The notes below the pieces were generated by a model. It did not search any database. It saw nothing but the letters and a program-made list of their open reading frames with translations, and was not told the origin of the DNA. A stretch of 63,010 nt of DNA, filler included, from Collodictyon triciliatum (Eukaryota), in the NCBI GenBank assembly GCA_043381765.1. It is 4 parts of 4 records of this genome, joined end to end, with 100 filler letters (N's around TTAATTAATTAA, not from the genome) between each part and the next. Parts side by side here need not be neighbours in the genome. Positions count along the whole stretch, not along the records: positions 1 to 21,732 come from JBHJMP010001178.1; 3 more parts are not named here. One strand, 5' to 3'. Below, one piece after another: positions 1-9,600 of the stretch; position 1 is the first letter of the stretch; each line of letters opens with the position of its first letter. The position numbers were made by a program, and so were the translations under genes.

Positions 1-1354
1 AGACAAGGTTTACATCCTATTTCATTCCACAGGATGAGTTTTTTTAGGGGACAACGGGTCACTTTCCTTGCGTTTCTTGCTGGGCAACTCAGACAGAAAG
101 CGATATGTCGTTGTTTGTCTGGTATTCTCGGAAGTGGTGCTTGACCGTCCCCTGGTTTCGGAACCATGCGTAGCCGGCAGTGGACTTTGCTTAACCGGAG
201 TATGGATACGCGTTTGTGGTTTTAGGAATATACGCTCCTGCTTTCTCGGACTGTCTTTGGTGTGAAGTTCCAAGCTTGGATTCGACTTGTGCTGTCTGCT
301 CTTGCTCCTTGGTTCTCGGTGCGACGGGCTGGGGCAGGGTAAAGGGACTATCTTTGGTGGGCGCTGGTTCTTGTGTTGACTTCGCTTTGGAGTATCCTTT
401 CTGATAAGTAACGAAGACTGCCTTGATGCCTCCTATGCTAACCATATTCACGTCAGTCTGAATGGGTAGTTTAAGGGGAGGTATCTTTCGGGGTTTGGAG
501 ATGCGCTGCTCTTGGGTCTTGCGATGTGCGGGCTTGTCCGGTGTTGGCGATGGATGGCTCGAGTGCGAAGATTCTGAAGAGGAACCGAGATTTCCTTCCA
601 TGTCATCGTCGCTGTCGCTGTATGCACGTATCTGCTGTGAGTCTTGTGGACTCTGTTGTTGCCTGGCCTTGGCTTCCTTGACTCCGTTGCTGCTTGTCTG
701 CTTGGCAGGTGTATTCTTTTGCGGGGCTTTTACTTGTCGTTCGTTATTCGCGGCTGGCGGACGCTCTTTGAGGATGCGCTTTGGACACTTTTTGCCCATA
801 ACCGTAAACTTTGCAGGGAGCTGGTTCTTGTGACAAAGAAGCTTCACCACGGCCGTATCTGTGAAGAAGCCTTTGTCCTTTTTGATATCTCCACGTGGGT
901 CGGTCTGAATGGCTTCAGCTCCTCACGAATAAGTTGCGGCCACACGTCCAGTGGTATTTGGTAGAGCATCACCGATGTCTCTGTTGGTTTACTTGTGCTG
1001 AAGATGTTCATAATATCGATCAAACTTACCTGCTACAGCCCCACGAGCTTTCGGGCGTTTTCTGCAGTGCGGAAGGAAATCAGGCAAAGGTTTTCGCTGT
1101 CCGGTAAGCGCAATTGGATGGACTCTTCCCAAAGTTTGTTCGCTTTCAAGAAGGAGGCGAGCGCATCTGTTAGTATGCGAGCATTGTTCCTGTTGTAAAC
1201 GACTTGCTCGACCCTGTGCAAAAATATTGTCCGATCAGACAGACTTGCAGGCGGTTTCCTTGCACGGGTCTTCCTAGACTTACGTGTAACTCAGGGTTTT
1301 CCGCACCAGTTTTGGAATCAGAAGAACTGGCTGCAACTTGCGAGGGCTTTCAAC
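1..1354 (-). mobile_element. Decayed LINE-like (non-LTR retrotransposon) ORF1 region, copy A; runs off the window's left edge
   Basis: Its reverse complement aligns colinearly with ~51955-53305. The translation (MLYQIPLDVWPQLIREELKPFRP...GFFTDTAVVKLLCHKNQLPAKFTVMGKKC) resembles RRM-type ORF1 of L1/Tx1-like elements and is followed by a low-complexity basic tail. It has an in-frame TAG at 1033-1035 and a 2-nt deletion near 265. Confidence 0.7.
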
Positions 1355-2779
1355 AAAATCATTCCTTTGGATTCACTAACGTGTGTAGGAAAGGAGAAGA
1401 CATAATTAACTGTAAATTTTTTGAGAACGCTCGATTTTTTTGAAATCAAAGGAAAGTGCAAATTTTTCAACGGATTGAAAAAGGGTTTCTTGTGCTTCAC
1501 CAAGATGATGAATGAAATCCATTCAGAGCCATACAAAAACATGCGGTTAGTTCTATCAACGCCGTGGTGCAGGTAAGACGTGTAGTGAATCGTCTTTTCA
1601 ACAATGCACATGACGATGTAATATAAACTTGAACGATTTCGATGCAAAGTCTAATGGGGAGGTATTTTGTCTGTTTCTCGCACAGAATTTGTGTAGTGTT
1701 GTATTCATATTTTGCAACCAAATGCTAGGTATATCTCAATAGAAAAGAGACCGATAAAACAGGATGTGTTTGCGTACTGCTTGGGTGGTTGCCAGTCTAG
1801 GGTGTGACCAGAAAATCGCCACTAAAAAAAAAATTTTTTTTATTCCTATTTTTTGCGTATGAATCAAAAGGCCAATTTTTTTTTTGTTTTGAAAAAGCGG
1901 CACAATGTTAAAACAAAACGAGGTGTTCATATAAGACAAGCCATTTAGCGAAGCGATTTAATGATATTTGGAATCCGAAGAGGACGGGGCAGGTTGCGTC
2001 GCATTTTAGAGGACAGAATAGTATATGCAATTCTATTTTGTTCTTTTGTTCTATCGTTGAATTGTCTAAAATATATTCCGTAAACTATTATCTCTGTGTT
2101 ACAAATGTAGCACTCGCAAATCAATCAAAGGAATGTGGGAATTATGAAGTAATTATTATAAATGCCACATTAAGATGATTCCCAGACCAGAAAAGGGCGT
2201 TTGGATATGGCATTTCTAATAAAGGAATAATACAAGGAAGGTTCATGGAATAGTTATATTAATATATTTATATAGATATTTTCATTGAATAATAAGCAGA
2301 ACTTTTGGGAAAGAACCGGCCGAAGTCCAACTCCGAACTTTCCTGTCCCAGTTATGGCATTCAAAAGTTTGTATTTTGATTGGAAAGAAAAGTCGAGTGA
2401 TTTGAATGACGCAGAATCCCCACTGTGATCGGCGGCGTTGAGAGCCTTGCGCATGAGCTCGCAAGCGAGGCCAAACGCAACCGTCCTTGGGAATGAAAGG
2501 GCCAAGTGTGTGGGAATTGAACTCGGGTGTGTGCTGTGCTGGCGCAGCTCGGGTCGTATATAATCCTCGCGGCTGCCCTGTCGATTGGCAAAAGGTCGCA
2601 GATCAAAGGCTACGAAGCTAAGTGCAACTAACCCAGAGGAGAGGCAAGCTCGAACCGCAAAGTCCCAAGGACTGCAGCCCCATTGATCGCTTTTTGAGAG
2701 GAGTCGGGGACAGTGCTGGGCTAGTGATCTGCCAGTCGGCTAAAGTTTATGAATGAACGCAGGGCGGTTATGCAAAAAA

Positions 2780-2820
<41 letters not shown>

Positions 2821-3463
2821 ATATTTGCCGTTCCCTTCGTCCAAGTGGTGGAGCTTGCCAGGGGCAAGAACCTGTCTGGTTGGGGGAGGAAAAATGATTA
2901 TGATAAAGAAGAAAAAGAGTAAAGTGAACCAGGGAGTCTTGCAGCTCCTGTCAGGCAAGCCAACCGCGCTATGTCGCTCCTCTCATCTATACCTCAGCCC
3001 CTCCTTCCACGTCGAATCGCCTGACTCTGCACAACCAGTCTTGTTGATCGAGGCGCATGTTGTGTTTCGAGCAAGCTCTTCTCTCCTGTCTGGTTCTGCC
3101 TTTTTTTTAGCTCCTTCGTTCTATCTATATTTTGTCTTCCTGGCCGCCGCCGCCGCCACCACCACTATGGCTGGTGCAGCCGGTGGGTCTTTGTGCCTGA
3201 CTGGCCACGCGCCTGCCTAAGTGCAGCGGCCATGCGCACAGGCCATTGATGGCGACCCTTGTGCACGGCCGGCATTTATGCGCCTGCTGTGGCTGGGAGT
3301 GTGAGAGGAACAGAGACGCAGAGAAACAAAGCCGACAAGGAGGAGACCAACTCATATACTCACACACACACATACACACACACCAGCAGGCAGACAGAAC
3401 CGACCGGCCACACGGAGACGGACACGGACGCGGACTCCGGGCAGCGACGAGAAGAGAGGAGAG

Positions 3464-6408
3464 ATGAAGTTTGGGAAGCGGCTGGGACAGGAGGCGGTGG
3501 CGGAGTGGGCGGGGCACTACGTGGACTACAAATTGCTGAAGATGCTGATCAAGCAGGAGGCGGAGGGGGCGGCAGAGGGGGCGGCAGAGGCAGAGGCAGA
3601 GGCAGAGGCGGGGGCGTTCGAGCGGGAGCTGGTGCGGCAGGTGCAGGGCGTGGACGCGTTTGTGGACGGGGAGCTGGTGCGGCTGAGCCGGGCGCTGGCT
3701 GAGGCGGAGACGGGGCTGGCGGCGGAGGTGCGGCCGGAGGGCGTGCGGGCGTTTGCGGAGGTGTGCGAGGCGGTGGAGCGGGTGCGGGCGTTTGTGGCGC
3801 TCAACCACCTGGCGGTCACCAAGATCGCAAAGAAGCACGCCAAGCGCTGCCTGCCGCCGGGCGCCGACTGGCTGGACTGGGTGTGGCGCCGCTGGCAGCC
3901 GCTGGGCAAGGCGCAGCCCCTCACCAACCTGCTGGCCCACACCCACCGCCTCGCCGCACGCCTGCTGCCCCGCCCCCTCGTCGACCGCCACGCCGCATGC
4001 GCCTCCTGCTCCCACGCCCTGCCGCCGCCCCACGCCCCCGTCGTCGTCCTCGCCTGCGCCCACCGCCTCTGCCCCGACTGCCGCACCCGCCTCGCCGCAC
4101 ACGCCCGCGCCCGCGCAAAGGCCCACCTGCGCTGCCCGGAGTGCCTCGCCCGCCACGCCCTCGCCCACCTGCCCCCGGACGGGCCGCAGCCACACGCCCA
4201 GCCACATGACCAGCCACAGCCGCAGCCACAGCCACAGCCACAGCCGTCCCCGCCCGCCCCGTCTGCGCCCCGCAACATCGACCACGCGCTCTTTGCCGCC
4301 CACCCTGCCCCGCCCTCCCCGCCGCACTCGCTCTCCGACTCGTGGTCCCTCGCCGCCCACCTCGCCACAGACTCCTCCTGCGCCGCACTCTCGCCCACCA
4401 GAAACCGTATGCCTTTGCCGCACGCGCACCCACACACGCGCCTCCGCTTCTCACCCCTCCCCTCCTCCCCTCCTCCCCTCCCCCTGCAGCCCCCGCCACA
4501 GGCATCGGCATCGGCATCGGCATAGGCATCGGCATCGACACCGCCTCGCACCCCCACTCCGCCACGCACGGACACTCCAGCTGGACCTCGCTTCGCCCGC
4601 CCCCTGCAGCCACAACCAAAGCCACTGCTGCGTCATCGTCGCTGTCCCCAACACCATCGCCACAACAGCCACAGCCCATCGCAACCGCAGCCGCCACAAA
4701 GAAGGTCCTTTGGATCCACGTCTCCGGCTGCGACCCGGACCTGTGCTGCTTCGCGCCGCCGTCCGCATCCGTGGGCAACACAATCACCCCGACGCTCGGC
4801 GCCCTGCTGTCCGAGTCTGCCTACAGCCTGGGTCTGGCGTCCAAGCGCCTCCCGCCCCCGAGGCCAGCACGCCGCACAGCCACAGCCACAGCCACAGCCA
4901 CAGCCACAGCCGCATCTGGACCGCACGTGCGCGGGCTGCAGGGCGTGCGGGGCCGTGAGGCGGCGTGGTTTGCGGCGCTGACGGGCGTGTGGCCAGACCC
5001 CAGCGTGGTCCCGCCGCGCACGCAGCTCAAGAGGCACCCGCCGCTCTTTGCCCGCCTGCGCTCTGCACGCCGCTCCGCTGCGGTTTTCCTGCGCTCCGAC
5101 CAGAACGAGCTGCGCCGTTGGGCCCACCCGAGCGCCTCCACCCTGCAGCTCTTCAGCTCGGACGCCCTCACCGCAGCCGCCGTCGCCGCATTCCTGCGCC
5201 CCGCCACCCCAGACCCACCGCAGCCACAGCCGCAGCCACATGCGCACCACCGCCGCCGTCGCCACAGCAACAGCCACAAGCACAGCCACCGGCGTCCCGG
5301 CGCCAACCCGACGCCCACCCCCGTGCCCGACGTGACGTACGTGCACCTGGCCAACCCCCTGACGCGGGGCTCCGACGTGGAGACGCGTCTGCGCGCGACC
5401 ACCGAGGCCGACCGCCACGTGGGGCAACTGGTCGATGCGCTCAGGGACCGGCAGGCTGATGCCCGACTGGCTGCGGCCGAGGACTGGATGCTTGTCGTCA
5501 CCCTCATGCACGAGGAACCCGCTGGCGCCTGCGATCTGTCCACGGCCCTCCGCTGGCTCATCCAGTCGCTGCCTCCTCCCTCTCCAAATCCAAATCCAAA
5601 CCCAAACCCAAACCCAATCCCAGATCCAATCTCAGATCAAGACTCGGCCGCCCCCGCAGACGACCCGCGCATGACGCCCACCGCCATCCTCCTCCTCGCC
5701 AACCCGGCACTCGAGAGAGGCCCTCTTCCCCGCTCACCAACCTTTGTCGACATCGTCCCCACCATCCTCAACCACATCGACATCTCTGCAGACAGCTCGT
5801 CTCCACTCGATGGGTCGCCACTTCGCACAGGAAGGGCCGCAGCTGCTGGCTGGGCTGGCGAGGAAGACGAAGACGAAGACAGTGAAGATGATGATCATGG
5901 TGTCGAAGAAGATTTTGCTGGCCATGATTCTATTGATGACCAGTACTCTCTAAACCATTCTCCTGATGGTCGTGCCATCCGTCAGGACTCGCACGCTACC
6001 AGTAGCGACATCCAGTCGGCTCACTTGCGATACGTATCTGATAACCTCGGAACCATCAATATACAGCAAAACACGCTCTTTACCACAGCTTCATCCACGT
6101 CCTGCAGCTTCGACAAACCAGTCCAACAGGCTGCCAGGTCGCCTTTTACCAGTCACCCAGTCCTCGGAACCCCCTCTGGCTCCATCTCTGCATCCATAGG
6201 TAGCGTCCACCCCACTGTGCTTGGTGCCGTCGGTAGCCTATCATCGAAGGGATTCCTGGGGACTGCTTACCAATCACATCCGACTCACCCACAGGCTTCA
6301 GAGAAAATTGCACCCTCTTCAACCAACTGCTCCAATAGAAGATGGTCCACAATTGCTCACAATCGACAACTCATGAAAGACGAGGAAGTCTTTGAAATCG
6401 AATTATAA
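3464..6408 (+). CDS. SPX domain + C3HC4 RING + alkaline phosphatase/nucleotide pyrophosphatase-like domain protein (2 exons, about 953 aa)
   Basis: MKFGKRL...EWAGHYVDYKLLKMLIK...KIAKKHAK is SPX. CASC-x15-CAHRLCPDC-x17-CPEC (3998-4144) is a RING. KKVLWIHVSGCDPD...LTGVWPD...PDVTYVHL...EDWMLVVT...VDIVPTILNH...LDGSPL (4699-5823) is AP-superfamily. A phase-1 GT-AG intron 4407-4489 (or 4407-4501) joins ORFs 3464..4525 and 4342..6408. Confidence 0.8.
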
Positions 6409-6686
6409 TGTTCTAATCAAGATAATTCTTTTTCGTCAGTCATTTCCCTACTCACTCTGCCCCTTTCTCCTCTCCTTTCTCTTTCCCTCTCCCTCTCCCT
6501 CTCCCTCTCCCTCTCCCTCTCTCTCTTTTTCCGCTACAAATCCACTACTTCACTCCATTGCGCACTCACCTTTGTCTAGCCCGCCCTTGCAGCATCTCCC
6601 TATCTTTCCATTAAGTTCGTATCGTATTCCTTATCCCTTGGCGATAAGGTTCGGATTAAAAATTAAGGAGCAGTTAGATCCGCGGT

Positions 6687-9600
6687 TTATTGGTGTTTTT
6701 CATGTATCACGAAGCCTTTCCTTTTCTTCTTCCTGAATGTCTCGTCTCTGTCATCGTCGTTATCCGACTCATCCCCGGCTCCTTCGGCGAGTGCATCCGT
6801 GCCAAAGACAAACGCAGAGTCATCACCAGCTGCATTCTTTGCTTTTGTGGAGTTTGCTTTCTTTCCTTTGTTGTCCATCGCCATGGCATTCCCAGAAAGC
6901 CCAAGGCCGCCCAGCGGGTCCACGTAAGGGAACTTGGACTTCTGTGCACGTTTGGCTGGCCTGATGAGAGCAGCTATCCCCTGAGCCTTGCTGTCATCCC
7001 CGACTGTGCTGCTCTCGGGCTGCTTGAGAAGTGCGGACTCAATTACGGGCTTTCTTTTGTTCTTGTTTGCTGTGGCCTTCACCTTGGTTGCATATGTAGA
7101 CTCATATTAAATGCGGCTTGGAGGTTGCTTTAGGATTGCGCGAGGAGAAAGAAAAGAAAACCCCCCATTTCAAGATCAATCTATGTTGATGTATCAAGCT
7201 GCTCATTTAAAAAAAAAAAAAAGAAAAAGAAGAGTTATTTGTTTTATGATATTTATTAAGTTGTATTGTTACCTTTTTTGGGTTCCTGGTGAAGATAGGT
7301 GCACTCGATTTTCTAAATCGGTGGACATATGTTTTTACATTTTTCATATTTTATCAATTATATTAGAAGTCAGTAAGATTAAGGGGAATCGAGATATGGA
7401 TTCGAAAACAGTAGATTTGAGGAGCATCTTGTATTTAAATACGGCACGATTTGTTGGTGCCAGCACGACAGTGTAATAGTGGTATTGATTATAGCTAATT
7501 TTTTTTCTCCTCCTTCCTCATGTATTGTCTGAAGAACAGCACACACCTCTCTGCCATGTCAATTGCCATCGCCTTAGAATCCTGCGAACCAAGGTTTCTC
7601 ATCGACTGCAGTGTAAAGTCTAGGAGGTACGAGCGTTGTACCAGGGTGTTGATACGTTGCATGTGTCGCTCGGTGTATGGAATCATAGAGTCTATAATCT
7701 AAAGAGCGAACACAAGATTGCAAGATTACTCAACTTAATTGAGAATGCTTCGGTTTACTGGCTCTGAAGTGTTTGTATAACAAATAATCGTTCCTTGGAA
7801 GAATGAACAAGAATGAACAAGAATGAACAAGAATGAACAAGAATGAAAGAAAGTGAGAAATTGCCTCTCCAATGTAAGGTATTTCCTTCAATCGGTCGAT
7901 ATGGAGAGTTGTCAATAAGATATTGAGCACTTTTTGTGTAACAAAGGACTGTTTTCCTGATGTATTCCAATCCCGCATATACTAGTGATCAATAAAAGAA
8001 TTAAAACTGAAGCATGAAAGATTTTAATATTTATGTTAAATATGAATTGTATTTATCCCAAAAGAAACATCGAGTTGAAAATGGAAGGAACGAATCATAC
8101 TCCAACACATGTCCCAAGTTCCTTTTGTGGCAAACTTTTGATGACATCACCCAAGTTGATATCTAAAGGTAGAAATTGAAAGTCGATAAATATATGATCA
8201 TAATGAAAAAAAAAATCAAACGAGGGCGATTTTATGTGGGTAGGTCACAATATCTTGCAATCTTTCTAAGAGGTTCATGCTTATGATGAATTCACAAACC
8301 TGAATTAGATTCGATAAGATTTTCTAGTATTTTGTAAATTCGTGATGGTTGTTCCAATTCGAAAGCAAGAATAAGTGCGTTTTTATATTCTCTTAGGAGA
8401 AGGAAGTTCTGTATCTCTTGTTCCCTGGATAAGTATGTTACGATTGAGATAGATAGATAGATTTGACCATTAAATTGTTTTTTTTTCTGGGTAAATAAGG
8501 ACTAATTCATTGTAACGTTGTAAAAATAATAATAATCAAAAGATATCATAAAAAAATTCATACTTGAGTACTATCTTCTCTTGTGCAGCAATCTTCTCTT
8601 CTTCAACTTCTTTTGTAACATCTTTCCAAACATTGATAATGGAGTCTCTATAATTGAAAGATAATTTAAAATTAGCAATAATAATAACAATAAAAATAAT
8701 AAAGTAAAATGAAATGAACAGGGCTTTGATTGTGTATCATTAAAGTTTTCATCAATTATTGTCTCTGTGAGAAAGGAATTTAAAAGATACCCTCCACCAG
8801 TAATAATTATATTTTCGTCAGGGTGAACAGCAAGGGCCCAAATCTAGTGCGATTGTTGAAAAGAAAGGCTCATTAGATCTATGTGTTGTGCAGTATCCTT
8901 TGTACTTACTTCATTAAATACATTCCCATGAGACATCACGGATTTTTTTTTCTACTTTGTTCATTATCACTGCCATTATTTGTAAGGTAGACGGACTGAT
9001 GGCATCATATGGTCAAACCTTCTCAGTATGTGAATCGAAAGTTTCGACACATTCGTTTGTTTTCAAGGTCCATAACTTCAAAAGGCCATCTGACCCACTC
9101 GAAATGAGCTAATGCATTTGGTATTCCTTTATTTGAAATCACAAAGTATACTAATGATGGGGTTAAGATGACGGTGTATCCTCTTCTTTTTTTTTTTTTT
9201 ATGTATATTCATAACTTACTATTTGTTGTATTTTGTTTTACTAAATTTACATATAAAACATAAATGCAGTACCTGCATTCCCTTTGAGATGAAAGATACT
9301 CGCAAGACAGAGTTTAAGTGCCCTTCAAAGGTCTATAAATGTCAAGATTGCATTAGTGTAAACTACAACTTGGCAGTACGTCATCACATTTGTCAAAGTT
9401 GCTAAAAGGGAACAATAGAAAAACAAGAAACAAATTTATATTTGATAGATGGGAGAAGGGAATCATAGTCGAATTGGCTGAAATTACCATCAAACACGAA
9501 AAGTCCTTTACGGACCATATCTTAATCGTCTGGTCTCCAGAAGCAGTGGCAACCACTTGGTCGACAGGTGAAAACTCAACGCACCATATTCCTATTTCCA

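Noticed and set aside
1318-1721. Minus-strand ORFs adjacent to element copy A
   Set aside because: No recognisable motifs and no homology to the region upstream of copy B.
4523-4525. TAG inside the GCATCG repeat as stop-codon readthrough or programmed frameshift
   Set aside because: The downstream domain is in a different frame, and an ordinary phase-compatible GT-AG intron explains the join.
3125-5561. Long antisense and alternative-frame ORFs over the SPX gene
   Set aside because: They are shadows of very high GC content and give low-complexity translations without motifs.
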